The position numbers were made by a program, and so were the translations under genes. The notes below the pieces were generated by a model. That model was not told the origin of the DNA, searched no databases, and worked only from the letters and a program-made list of their open reading frames with translations. Below, piece after piece: positions 38,601 to 53,396 of a DNA stretch of 64,000 nt. Positions within the stretch are counted from its first letter, which is position 1. The number at the start of each line of letters is the position of its first letter. Source of the stretch: Euprymna scolopes (Eukaryota); assembly GCA_053919585.1 (NCBI GenBank), contig CM132813.1; one strand, written 5' to 3'.

Positions 38601-41600
38601 TGCTTAAAAATGATTTTCTTTATAAAAATAAAACTACTTGATCAATTTAGTGATTTTTGGAATGCGTTATGGTGTTTAGTAAGATAGTGTTGACAGATCG
38701 ATTTTTTAAGTGTGTAGTTTTAAGTGAAAACAACAGTACTTACTTGTCATGTCGAAAATAGTAATATATCCAAATATTATGAAAATTCATCAAGTGGAAC
38801 AACTGCTATTGTGTTTTAAGTTAAAAAAAAAAAATCTATCACTATGGCCCACACACCCCTAAAAATATGTCAGCACTTTAAGTTGTGATAAGGGAGATAA
38901 GTATATACTGTATTCGCAATCATCAAGGTGTTTACATCTGAGGAAATGCAACCTGCCCCTCCCATTTTCCATAAAAATTACCTTTACCTATAAATAATTT
39001 TCTATTCAATGAATTTTTGTAACTATTTTTCGACACACTTAAGTATTGTTGTTTTTGTTTAAAATTAGATATTTAACAAAAAAAAAAAAAAAAAAAAAAA
39101 AAATCGATCCGTCAACTATCTTAACAAGCACATACAATATTTTTGTTTTGCCATGCGTATGTACATTAGATTTTTTTTTTTCTTTAATTTATTTTTTTGT
39201 GCTTTTAATACATAAGTGAATTCTGGACAAGAACCAGTATTTATCTACATTTCTGTTTACTGCACAAGTTGACTGGTGAAAGGATGTAATAAAAGGCGAG
39301 AGGGAGGGATAGACGTGTGGTTTACTGGTTGTTACTCACTTTTCTCGAATCGCTTCAGCAAAGAAGTAATCCTCTGCCAGGTACTTTCCAAACGCTGACA
39401 TGCCTCCAGCCTGGTCAATCAGGTCTTTCCTCATCAGGCACGACATACCTGTGGTGCAGTTGATGCCTATAGAATTTGCACTCAAATACACCCGAGACTG
39501 CTGAGTGCCAAAAAAAACCTGAAAAAAGAAAAAAAAAATCATTTAGAGAAGTCAGAATAAGTTTTACCAAACAGGAAAAATTTTTTTTAATTTTTTAAAA
39601 CTATTGTCCATCTTCAACAAGGTATATTGCCACTTGCACACAAGCAACTACTATTTGGGATCATGTTTAAGAAACTGTGGAGAGTTGAGCAGCAAGATGC
39701 CTGTTCACATTACATTTAAATTTCTGTATGTTAGTACTGTCAGGAAAGCAGGAAACTGTCCGCTGAGGAAAAAAAAAACTATTAGAGTAGAAGACTTTCT
39801 GGCATCTAGGGATATCAATAGTGAAGAGGGTCTAATTCATAGTAGTTCATTATGTCTCAATAGCAATGTGCCTTTTTTGGAGTAAACTAAAGTAAAAAGA
39901 AAATAAACAAGCCAAGCATGCGGGGTACACCTCCACGAGTGAAAAATTCACTTTCACTATGACTAATGATTGCACAAAATTTTTTTTTTAATTCAAAGAG
40001 TGGTTATTAAAAAAAAGTGCAAATAAACAAACGGACAAACAATTTTAGGGCAATTTTGCTCCTATAATGGCCTCTTGCAGGGCAACCAGAGTTATCCCGG
40101 AAAATCCATTCTGGAAAAAATTTACTTTCACCATGACTAATGTTTGTGCAAAATTTTTTTTTTTTAAATCCAACGCATGGATATTGATAAAAGTGCAAAC
40201 AAACGAACGGACGAATGGGTGTGAATTACTAGATCCAATCCCTCCTCTGTGCGGGGACCAATTAAAAATTAAAATTTTTAAAAAGCAGAGGGGGAGAGGT
40301 AAGAAGAGGAAGGTGCTATTTAATAAAATACTGACCTGATGGGTCAGAATTTATTTTGTTCAAAGTTAAAATTACCTTTTCATAGACAGAAGCAAATCCC
40401 TTTCTGTTACAGCAGTAAGGCATTTGATGAACCAAGCCAACTTTTTCTGTGAGGGCAGATACCATATCTAATAAGGTGTCTGGGTTCACTAGAACAAATG
40501 AATTGAAAAAAAAAAAAAAATGATCAACAAAAATAAAAAATGAATAAATCAACAACTAAAATAATATTTTTTTATATGAATAAATACAGTTTTGATATGT
40601 TTTAAACTTGTCTTCATTTGGGTTAATATGTTTCCACTATTGTATTCTCTGCTTACGTTCTAAAGACATCTTTTTGAATATAAAGCTACCAACATTTATT
40701 CACCAAGGTAGAGATGGTGGCAACATAGTAGTTTCAGAACTACCAGACTAAACATTAAGTTTCTTTAATGAAGATAGGGGTTGTAGAGTACTTAATTCAA
40801 CAGGCCTCATATCCCACATATTCTGACACTGCTGGTATCAAAGATTAACTGAATTTTCAATGTATATTTCTACCTAAAATATATTAAAAAGATTGTGTTT
40901 TTAGTGCTTTTTTTTTTTTTTTTTTAGTTAATTTCAAAAGAAATTCAAAACTAGTCCTTCTACAACTGTTCAAAGTCAATTTATTNNNNNNNNNNNNNNN
41001 NNNNNNNNNNNNNNNNNNNNNNNNNNNNNNNNNNNNNNNNNNNNNNNNNNNNNNNNNNNNNNNNNNNNNNNNNNNNNNNNNNNNNNNNNNNNNNNNNNNN
41101 NNNNNNNNNNNNNNNNNNNNNNNNNNNNNNNNATTCACTCATAAACCAATTAACCGATTATGAGTTTTGGAACATAGCTAATAGATATAAAGTGTCTCAA
41201 ATGTAGGCTATATTTAGCTTCATTGACTTCTATACAAAGGAGGTAAAAAGGGGTGGAACCCCCTTATGAAAAGTATGATACCAACGATTTTTGTGAAATT
41301 TTACCAATAGATATTAAACATCAATAAATCTTTCAAATTTCAGTTTCTTTTAACTATTTTTAAAGGTAATAATATAGGCACAACATTTCATTTGGAAGTC
41401 GAAATATTTCAGATTTGTATTGAATTTTACCTATAATCATTAAGCAAGATTTGATGAATTTCAAATTTTCTTAAAATCCTTTAAATGTAAGCCTTAAATT
41501 TGAAACATTTTCAAAAATGAAATCCTATAATGAATTTGGATTAAAAATTGGTTTGGTTGTTTTGTTTTACGGCATATCAACCCTTTTCAGGTTAATTAAT

Positions 41601-44600
41601 GCCGAATCCAGTTATTTTGGAAATAGTATTCATGTTGCATCCAGTTATTTTGTAGAAGGTCTTTATTCTTCAAGCTTTTTGTATCTTTAATCGCTAGTTT
41701 GTAGTGTTTGGTTTGGTTGTTTTATAGTGGATTTTAACATTTTTGTTCCTTGCCCTGCGGAACATGAGTTTTGCAATGGAAGAGGGAAAAGGGTAACAGT
41801 ATTAATGTTTGGTACATTTTAAGTTAGAAAACCAGTCAGGAAAGTCGGGTGATAGAAAGACAAAAGGGAAATGGGAAGAAGGAAAAAGGGGATAAAGGTG
41901 GGTTGTTGTTTTTTTGGTTTTGCAGAACATAAGTTTTGCAAAAAGAAGTAGAAGAACAAAACGCATCAATGTTAAGTGCATTTCATTTCAGGAAGCGAAT
42001 ATCTAAAGACAGCCGGATCTGGTAACACCAGGATTAAAAATAGAATAAGGATTCTAGTCATAAGGTTTTGTATCATTACTCGATTTTAATCTGTGTAAGG
42101 GAACATGAAAGTGACGAAAAAAAAAAAAAAAAGTTTTTTTTCCCAATGAGATTTTATTTAAAAAATATTTATGCAATATTTTTAAATATATTTATCAAAT
42201 GTTTTTTGTTTGATAGAAAAGAATAGAGAGATAGAAAAGAATAGAGGAATAGAAACGAATAGAGAGATAGAAAAGAATAGAGAGATAGAAAAGAATAGAG
42301 AGATAGAAAAGAATAGAGAGATAGAAAAGAATAGAGAGATAGAAAAGAATAGAGAGATAGAAAAGAATAGAGAGATAGAAAAGAATAGAGAGATAGAAAA
42401 GAATAGAGGAATAGAAAAGAATAGAGGAATAGAAAAGAATAGAGGAATAGAAAAGAATAGAGGAATAGAAATAGTTTTCAAGTTGAAACCAAGTTATGTT
42501 ACCTGAATATATTGCTTACCCTAAAATGATTGATTTTTGTTTGACAGATGTTTTTTATGTACACAAACACTATTAGCACCCTTCCTTACATCCCCAACTA
42601 AAATGTCCATGTGCACAGGTGTCTCTGAATGAAGGCAAAGCCAAATTATTTCCCAGTCTAGCGCAGAAACCTTCAAAAGAATAAAAACTAAATAATAAAG
42701 CATTCTGCTCACTTCTCATGCCGCTGTCATTGATTGCTACGAGTTCGTATTTTGCCGCCTCGTAAGCACGCACCATGTTGTTGATTTTGCCATTGGGCCC
42801 CACATTTTTGGAACCTGTTGAGAAGAAATGTGCAATATTAAAATAAGAAAAAAAAAAAAAACAAAGTTTCAATAAAAATCAGTTTTATCTTAAAATTTCT
42901 CAAATTTATTTTTTTTTAAAACACAAACAACTTTTTCATGGAAATTTCGTTCTTATATAAATCGATCATAAACAACTTTTTCATGGAAATTTCGTTCTTA
43001 TATAAATCGATCATAAACAACTTTTTCATGGAAATTTCGTTCTTATATAAATCGATCATAAACAACTTTTTCATGGAAATTTCGTTCTTATATAAATCGA
43101 TCATAAACAACTTTTTCATGGAAATTTCGTTCTTATATAAATCGATCATAAACAACTTTTTCATGGAAATTTCGTTCTTATATAAATCGATAATAACTTT
43201 TTCATGGAAATTTCTTTTTTATATAAATCGATCATAACTTTTTCATGGAAATTTCGTTCGTTCTTATATAAATCGATCATAACTTTTTCATGGAAATTTC
43301 GTTCTTATATAAATCGATCATAACTTTTTCATGGAAATTTCTTTTTTATATAAATCGATCATAACTTTTTCATGGAAATTTCTTTTTTATATAAATCGAT
43401 CATAACTTTTTCATGGAAATTTCTTTTTTATATAAATCGATCATAACTTTTTCATGGAAATTTCTTTTTTATATAAATCGATCATAACTTTTTCATGGAA
43501 ATTTCGTTCTTATATAAATCGATCATAACTTTTTCATGGAAATTTCGTTCTTATATAAATCGATCCCATTTTTTAATTTTTGAGATGAGGATTCTTTTAT
43601 TCTCCTTGGAAGTATCTTGGCAAACTCGGGAATCTGCACAAAATTCTGAATGAAACTCTTTGATTAAATAAAAGGTTCCATTCAAAATTCTGTGCAAATT
43701 GCCGAGTTCGACAAGACACACCTGAAGAAGGTTACATTGATCGAAACGTCATAAAAATAACTCAAAATGAGACTAGCAGTCAGCAGAATTCAAATAAAAT
43801 AATCAAATCAAAAATAACACTGCATGCACATTTTAGTAAACCTAAAATTATTACGATAGGAGCTTATGTAAATTTAATGTAACCACTTTTAGTAACACTA
43901 ACCCATTTGGCATTATAGTCAAGTGTCAGTTGATGAATCAGGAGACTATGGTTCAATCCTTGGTAGAGTTATACCGTAGACTTAAAAAAAAAAAAAAAAA
44001 AAAAAAAAAACGGGGCTTGATGCCACTTTGCTTAAACACTCAGCATTATAAAGTGATGGTAATGGGTAAATGGGGGATTCCTGGGAAATCTTGCCGTTTT
44101 ATGATGTTCACATTTTTATCACTTTATTTACTTCAAACTCTAAAAATATATAATGTATATTATTATTTACTAATTCATTTGAAAGTATATTCATTTCCAA
44201 ACAAAACCGTGATATTTTGAAAACTTAAAGTGCTTTGATTTTTAAAATATGACTATTTTAGCAGAAACCCCTTTAAATTTGTGATTATCTAAAGCGTTTT
44301 ATCAGCCATGTGTATTGCTAATTAGAGCCAAATGATATTTCAAATATAAATAAGTTTTACTAAATGTATTTAAATAAATTCTTGTATCCTGTGTCACTCA
44401 AATGTGGTGTTGTGTGGATTATATGGTATAATCACGTTGATACATTGGTTTTTGTTAGATCACTGAAGTTAAGCAACATTAGTATCAGACGAGTGACCAT
44501 TTGGGAATACCAAGCATATATAGGAGGATGTAAACACTTATGGCAGCTCCTGCATCCCACTTGGCCTCCAGCTATTTTGACTCTGCCTTGGTGCTGGATC

Positions 44601-47600
44601 AGGTTTGTTTGAATGAGAGAGTGAGATTGGCTCTGCACCAGCCAGCTTCACTTTAAACAAACTCCCAGCGAGAGTCATCTATCATCAAACTGATTAATAT
44701 GGATTCTATCTTGGGTGGGTTATAGACTACGGTTACGTCTTAGAAATATGCTATGACATACACTGGTGGTTAAGATGGTATAACTGTTGGAAACATAAAA
44801 ACTTTAATAGTGACTGAAATGATTGCTAATGAAAACAATATATTTACACATTTCTGAAGAATTGGAAGTTATTTATGAGTAAATTGTTTATTTTTTTCTT
44901 TCTGTGTTTGTACAGGCTTCATACAAATTTTCAATAATCTGTTTCCAAGGACTTTTCCAGACAAAAGTCAAGTTTTATAAACAAAATTTGATATATAAGT
45001 AATCATATAATAACGCTAAAAATTATAATTAAAAAAATATTTTAACAGTATTTCGAGTTGGCATTTCACTTCGGCTTTATCAATAAGGTATATGGATAAA
45101 ATTGGGTAGTTTCCTGATAAAGGGGCATAACTCTTGTATTGACACTCCCGGGAATATGATGCCATTTCAGAAGAATGTATTTGTTTAATATTTTTAAAAT
45201 ATTTTAATAGTATTTCGATTCTAATTTTAATATTCAAATTTTTATTGGACATCAAGAATACGATTAAGCCCTGTTCAAGGAGTTTTTCATATTTTCAAGG
45301 CCTTTTCAAGGTAATAATATAAATAAGATCTTTTCAAAATAAAGCTCATAGTTCAAGGCCTTTACAAGCCAGTGCAAACCTCGTATTATGTGTGTGACAG
45401 TGTAATGGACTTCAATGTGCGTGCATGCGTGCAGCCTTTGTCAGTGTGTATATATGAGCAAGTTGAGACTAATCATTCTCTTTTTCTAACCTTGAAAGCT
45501 AACTGAACGTAATAGTGTGTTGACTTGTTTTGTTTTGAGCTCTACTGTGCGAAATCCTGATCCTTTTATGCTGTGCAATTGGATAAAATAGTAAACTTGA
45601 TTTCGGTTGAGAAAAGCAATTTTCACCTGCAAACATATTTTCACGTACTCCGATCTCTTGCTACCATTAAAAACATTCCAAACGTTAGATTTTTTTGACC
45701 TCTCATACGAATGGCTTTGTTAAAAATAGAATTGTGAGAAAAAGTGAGAAAAAAAGGTTATTAGTGACTCACCAATGAACAACTTGCTGTCATGTTTTGG
45801 ATATTTAGCGAGAAGGCTTTTCACAACGAAAATCGCTGGATCCTGATCGTGGGCAACACAGAAAAGGATTTCATACTGCAAAGAGAAGAAAATAAAAAAA
45901 GAGTTCAAAAGAAATGTAAAATTTCCATATAAACAAAACTTTAAGTGAACATCAAACGAACTGTTAGCACTTATCATTTCCAACAAACGCATACTTGGTT
46001 TCGCTGGTGAGCAATCAAAAAGTAATCAATTATTAAAAGTCTTTTTTACATGTGCATGGCCATCACTTTTTCCCTGTACAAGGATTTTCAAGGTTCATAC
46101 ACATTTTCAAAGTTTTTCAAAGCCTTCTCCAGACAAAATTCAAGTTTTCAAAACAAAATTTGGGGTTTGTTTTATAATCCACAGTGATTTGAAAAAATGG
46201 TAAAAAAATCAAGTATACAACAAGTAAATGTTATTATAGCTAATAAAAGTTACTTTGCAACCTACTTACCTTTTGGTATTTTAAAGTAGTTTTAAATGCT
46301 ATTAACTCTCTATACAGCTTTTAAATTTCCAACCAAGATGGCTGCCATCTTGTCCATTTTTTTTTTTGGCTCAGACGGCCTCATTTCAATTATCACAATT
46401 TTGGAAGAGGGGGGGGGTCACTATCAGAGAGTATCGTGCGTGCAAGGAAAGTGGGGGCATAGGGGGTACTATGGCGGCCACAACCACTCCTCCACCTTGT
46501 ACTCCCATACAAAAACAAAAAAAATTAAATTATAAATGAGAATAAAAATAGAAGATTTGAATCCCCCCTCCCCCAAAAAAAAAGAAACCAGAAAAAAAAT
46601 TTTGCTAATTGAAAACAATGGAAAAAATGAAGTTACACCCCTTTCTCATGAAACTACCCAATGTAGCTTTGTGATAAAAGAACTTAACTCTTGTATCCAC
46701 AATACTATGCAATTTCAGACCAATGTATTTCAATTCTATTTTCAATATTTTGCCTAATTTCCAAATTTAATAATTTGATTTTATGTTCAGTAAAAATTTG
46801 TTGAAATAACAAATTTTTATTGAACATAAAAAATACAATTTTCAAGGCTTTAAGAAATTTTCAAGACATTTTCCATATTTTCAAGGATTTTTCAAGGTAA
46901 TAATAGAAATAAGGCCTTTTCAAGGCAAAAATAATAATTCATGGACTTTTCAAATCTGTGTGAATCCGGCTACATGGTTGTGTCATCCAGTGGCTGTTGA
47001 TGGGTTGTTTAAGCAAATAAAACTAATGCATGGAGGCACAATGAAAACATGTAGCAGTTTCAAAGGTTTTAATTGGGGGAGAGAAGTTTGTTTACAAGAG
47101 GAGAGATTAAAAGAGGCTAAAATTAATTCCTTCTTAATTTTCTTACTTAAACTTGGAATGGTTGACAGACAGTCTCAGAAATATTCACTTCAATTTTACT
47201 TTTGCCAATTAATAGAGGTTTCAGTGGATCTACATTTGGGAATCCAAACAATACAATCATACACACTCGGGTTCAGATCAAAGTGTAGTATCTGTTCTTC
47301 AGATACTGCATTTCAATTTCTTGTTCTCTGTCCGTGTAGGAGAAATCCTTCACGACTGAGACAATTTTTATTTTTGTTCCTTTTCTCCACGTTAAAAAAC
47401 GACCCTGGTGTCTAACTCTGTCCCGTGGGGAGGCATAGTAAATAGGAACAACCATACACACGCAAACACACACTAGTCATTATTATAGAATTTAAAGGAT
47501 ATAATTTATACCCACACAATCCAGATTTGTGAAAAAAGAAAAAATCTTATTAACAACCTTTAATATAGACGTAGTTTCTTTGTTTCTATAGCTCTCTCCA

Positions 47601-48377
47601 AATAAAAAGCAGTGTTTTTACCTGTAATAGCAAGGGAGATAATTCAGTATATATGCAAGTAAACACGAGCACCAATCAACAGCAGCTAGATAAAGTATTA
47701 ACATTGTTTCCAAACAAAACAATTATTTCTTCCAAGTAACTTTCATTTTATAAAAAATTTTTAAAATATCTATCTTTGCGCCTATAATTTTTTTGCGCAT
47801 TGATATTCATATTAAAAACTCTTTTTCTATTTATTTAAAAAGAAAATACAACTTTGTTATATATGGATTGTGGAATTGCATTAATCTGCAAAAGATCTAG
47901 CTAATTTGCATATTCTTTTAAAACATTTATTTTAATTAATTCCCTATTAGTTTTTTCGGGGTTTTTTATGGGATGATCATCTTTAGTTTATTATTATGCG
48001 TACTTATATTCATGCAGAAAAACTAATTTCTATATATATATATTTATGTATGCGTATATATTTTTGTTTAAAAAAATTTTGCCTTCCAAGCTCCTGTTAG
48101 CTTTTGGTCTACAGACATGAAACTTAATATATAATCTGCATTAATCAAAATATCATATTTAAGCATATTTTATGACTGAGCAATGCTGGGTAGCCTGCTA
48201 CTATAAATATAGAACTTTGTGGATCTTGCTTCTTGTCTTCAACAATCCGGTGATTCTATCTTTTATAAAAGGAATGACAGGTGAATTTACATGTATATGT
48301 GTGTGGTTGAGAGGCTAAGGAATAAGGGTGGAGAGTTTTATGCTTTGGTTTCGATTCTAACTGATGGCACCAAAGTC

Positions 48378-48408
<31 letters not shown>

Positions 48409-49734
48409 CTTTGATCTCACTACCATATATTGGGTTCATATATATATACGAGGGGGGTGCAATAAGTAATGTCCCTGACCCACTTCCCATAGCAGTAGAG
48501 CAACAAAACTTGGCACAGTTATTAGTCTTTCTCTACATAGGAACCATACAGAGTTGTGCATTTCTCCCATCGTTTGATGCAGCTCTGGAGACCATTTTTG
48601 TAGAACACCCCAGGTTGGTCCTCCAACCATGACATGACTTCAGAAATCAAGGCTGCATCATCTGGGAAACGCTTTCCTTTCAAAAACAACTTCATGGCTG
48701 GAAAGAGGTGAAAGTCAGAGGGCGCAAGGTCAGGAGAGTAGGGAGGATGGGTTATGATTTCATAACCACACGCCCGTGCTTCTGATCTGGCAACATGAGA
48801 GTTGTGGACCGGAGCGTTGTCCTGCAGGAGGAGGGTACCTTTGCTAATCTTGCCCCGCCTCTTGATTTTGATAGCTTCCCTTAATTTCCTCAAAAGTGAA
48901 GCATAATAGGCTCCTGTAATTGTGGTACCCTTTGCCAGGAAATCTCTCATCACTACTCTGTCCTGGTCCCAGAAGACTTTGAGCATGACCTTGCCAGCGG
49001 AGGGCTGCACCCTTGCCTTCTTTGAAGGTGGTGAGTCCAAGTGCTTCCACTGCATTGACTGGGCTTTGGTCTCTGGATCATAGTGATGGATCCAGGTTTC
49101 ATTCTGTATAATCAGTCTTCTGAAAAACTTTGACTCATCTTCTTGGCACATCTCCAAATTCATCTTCGAGCACTCGGCGTGTTCTCGCTTCTGAAATGGT
49201 ATGAGCAACCTGGGAATCCATCTGGCAGACACCTTAAGCATATGCAAATGGTCATGAATGATAGTTTCCACAGACCCTGTACTAATCTTGATATCTTGGG
49301 CTATTTGGCGAATAGTAATGCGCCGATCTTCCAAAATGGCAGGCTCAACTTGACGGACAGATGCTTCATCAATGGCAGAAGAGGTGCGACCAGGTCTGGG
49401 AGCTGTTTCCACAGACTTCCAGCCATGTTTGAATTCACAATGTCAGCATTTTACAAGGTCATATGATGGGGCATTATCACCATAAGTTTCTTTCATTTCA
49501 TCAAAAGTCTCCTGTGGTGTGCGTCCTTTATAATACAAAAACAGGATCAGTGCCCAATATTCAACAGGCTCCATTTCACACCTGACTCAGTTCAAATACC
49601 TGTAAAACAGAAACCACAATTAGTTCAGAGCTGTAATTTGCCACATAACCCATAGAGATATAAATCATTGTACATACAAAATTTCAGCTAGATCAGACCA
49701 CTGGAAGTGGGTCAGGGGCATTACTTATTGCATG

Positions 49735-49814
<80 letters not shown>

Positions 49815-52800
49815 GGGCTTTACATCTTTGAAAACATTTCATAAGGTTAATTTGAAAAATCTTTGAAAACCAATAAACGTTTATTAAATGATTAGAAACA
49901 ATTTTTTTCTGAGATTTGCAGTGTAATACACATTTTGATAAAGACTTTCGGTTTTTTTTTTTCATTTTTTTTTTTTTTTCATTTTTTTGGAAGTATTAAT
50001 CTTGAGATGTCAGTCCCTCAGGGACAGAAAAAAAAGCATATGTCCAGTGTTGTTGATGTGTACATGCATAGTTTGGCAAGAATTTTAAATAAGAGTTCGA
50101 TCACATGTTTGAAAGCATTTTGTAAGCTAAATTTGAAAATATTAGAAATTACAAAATGTTTTCAAAGATGTGATGAAACTTCCATTTAAAGCACGAATAT
50201 ACACATCAATTTCAAACTTGCAACCATCAACATCGGACATATCCTTCTCTATCTCACTCTGAGTGTCCGACCTCCCCCCCAGGGTTAATACCACCAGAAA
50301 CATGAAGAGGAAAAAATTAAAAAAACTAAGCCTTTACTGAAGGTGTTAGAAAAAAATTTTTTTTTTTTTTAATTATTTTAATTTAATAAAATATTTCATA
50401 GAATTTTTTTGGTTTTCTAATATTTTCAAATTAACTTTACAAAATGTTTTCAAAGATGTTTATGCCAAACGACATTTATAATATACACAACTTCAATCTT
50501 ACAACTACTGTTAACAACAGCGAACATATCCTTTCCTTTCTCTCGAGGATGGGCTGACCCTCAGTGTTAATACCATCAGAAAAATGAAGAGAAAAAAAAC
50601 AAAGGAAAGATAACTAAAAAAAAAAAAAAACCAACAGAATTTTTTTAAAATGGTGTATTACAAGTCTCAGAAATTTAAGAAAAAAAAAAAACATTGAATA
50701 AAATATTTTTCAATTTTTTAATATTTTCATATTAATCTATATACTATAAAGTTTTTTGGTTTTTTTTTTTTTTTTTTTTTTCGCTCTGACATTAATATTA
50801 AAAACCAATGTGTTTTTATTTAACAATTTCTAAAACAAATTTCTTAATATATCAAGCCATGAATATTTGAGTAAGTTCAAAGAAGGTTAACTAATTTGCA
50901 TATTCCTTTGAAAAATGAGTGTTCATTAATTATTCATTTTCCTTATTTCTTACTAAATAATTTCATTTCACTACCACACCTAATTTTGTTTATCTATAGT
51001 TTCTATATTGAGCACTAGTGAGTAGAATTTAGGATAAAAACGTTCTAGCACACGGACCTGTTTTTATATAAGTGGCCTTGTCTGCATATGCCAAAATTCT
51101 CTACCAAACTCCTCTTTAAATATTAAGTCTAGAGACTTGAATCTTGATATATAGGGTATTTAGACCATGGGAACACTTTGATTTGGTTTTTAGCCTGTAG
51201 AAATAGCTGTTATTGGGTCCAAATTTAAAACAAAACAATTGACCTTGGCAGAAGTAAATAGACTAACTTCTGAGCATGCATACATATACATTTTTTTAGC
51301 TGGAAATCGTTTAAGTTTTAGCCTTCTTTTATCCGCCTGATAATAGCTTGGAGGGTAACAACAAAAGCTGAAGCGCTAAATAACAATTAAGGCTGGAGCA
51401 CTGAAAGTTTTGATTCTAGCTGTTGGCACCAAAGTATTTTTTCTTTTTAAAACTTTTAAAACAATGACAATATATATTGGTACAATATAATAATCAATAA
51501 AGAATTTGCTCACTAATAATAAATACAAAATCTGCATAAATTAAAATAACATATTTAAGCATATTTTATGTCTGGCCAATGCTGGGTAGCTTGCTAGTTT
51601 TCAGAATTTTGTATTCAGATATAAATATTAATAACACAAAATCCATTTAGATAGCTCGATAGTGCAATACTAGAGCTCTAAAAACTTTAATATACTGCTT
51701 CACTGCAAACAGATAAACATTTTTATACTCATCTCCAAACCGGTCCAGTTTTATTTACTGTAGTAAATAAATCTNNNNNNNNNNNNNNNNNNNNNNNNNN
51801 NNNNNNNNNNNNNNNNNNNNNNNNNNNNNNNNNNNNNNNNNNNNNNNNNNNNNNNNNNNNNNNNNNNNNNNNNNNNNNNNNNNNNNNNNNNNNNNNNNNN
51901 NNNNNNNNNNNNNNNNNNNNNNNNNNNNNNNNNNNNNNNNNNNNNNNNNNNNNNNNNNNNNNNNNNNNNNNNNNNNNNNNNNNNNNNNNNNNNNNNNNNN
52001 NNNNNNNNNNNNNNNNNNNNNNNNNNNNNNNNNNNNNNNNNNNNNNNNNNNNNNNNNNNNNNNNNNNNNNNNNNNNNNNNNNNNNNNNNNNNNNNNNNNN
52101 NNNNNNNNNNNNNNNNNNNNNNNNNNNNNNNNNNNNNNNNNNNNNNNNNNNNNNNNNNNNNNNNNNNNNNNNNNNNNNNNNNNNNNNNNNNNNNNNNNNN
52201 NNNNNNNNNNNNNNNNNNNNNNNNNNNNNNNNNNNNNNNNNNNNNNNNNNNNNNNNNNNNNNNNNNNNNNNNNNNNNNNNNNNNNNNNNNNNNNNNNNNC
52301 CGCATGGACACACAGCTAAGTCTAAAACTATTCAACTAAAACATGATACACACTCTACAAGAAACGGCCTTTACTACTGATGTGGCTTGCATATTATTTT
52401 AACCAATTTCAATTAACGATTGCACTGCTCGCCTTTTTAATTATATAACAACGGCAAGAAAAGATCAGTTTCAGCGTCTGCCATTTCCTCCATTCATCGG
52501 TGGAATTCTTTTGAGGCGACACACCTCAAAACACGGCGCACCAAATATGCATGGGGTTAAGGAGGTGGCGAGTGACGTCCTACATGCAGCCATTCCTTCA
52601 GGCTCGATTTCAGACTCTGCCTTTAGACACGATAAATAATTAAAAGGAGTGTTGTTCTCAAATACAAACAATGACGTCTTTTGCCACTGACCCCTAAGTC
52701 TAGGGATTAGCCTTCAGGCAGGGATCAGAGGATAGTACCTGTTTCCAGTTAGTTCAAGTTAGAGAGCTTTTTCTAGACTGAGATAGGTTTTATTTTTATT

Positions 52801-53316
52801 CCAATACTTAATTTTAAGTTGGTTTTTCCTTCCATTACAAGATAAACAAAAAAACTTATATTTAATTTGACTCTCACAGACATTGGGAAAGCAGATAAGT
52901 AGGATTCTTTCGGATTATAATCAAAGCAAAGTATCTGTTCTGTTCTTGGTAAGATGAGGAGTGTTCTGAAGTTAAGACAATTTCTAAAATAAATTTTGTC
53001 ATAATCCAAACTAAGCTGGATTTGATCTACATTAAAAACTAAACTCGTGTCTAATACTGGTTTAGTCAAAAGGCAAGTAAATAATTACTAATATATAAGT
53101 ATTTGATCTAAAAAAAAACTAAGAAAAAAAAACTCACAAAGTTGGTATATTTTTGATCAACACTGCCCTGTATTATTAACATAAAAAAAAAATTATTCTT
53201 TAGAGGTCAACTGAGCACGGTTCTGCCAGAGAAGGTCGGTTTTTTTTTTTTTTCAGTGTTATGTACAAATTTGGAAAGAAAATGTAGACTCATTACTCGG
53301 AAAATCTGATATACAA

Positions 53317-53396
<80 letters not shown>

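Noticed and set aside
42182-43237. Repetitive ORFs or a CRISPR-like array
   Set aside because: Pure tandem minisatellites with no unique spacers, in a eukaryotic intron.
4586-47447. Same-strand cluster of U2-like genes
   Set aside because: Copies on the minus strand (8888-9095, 12500-12663) show dispersed insertion in both orientations.
48522-49412. Active or domesticated (SETMAR-like) mariner transposase
   Set aside because: In-frame stop at codon 44, first catalytic Asp changed to Asn, TIRs retained, no SET domain.
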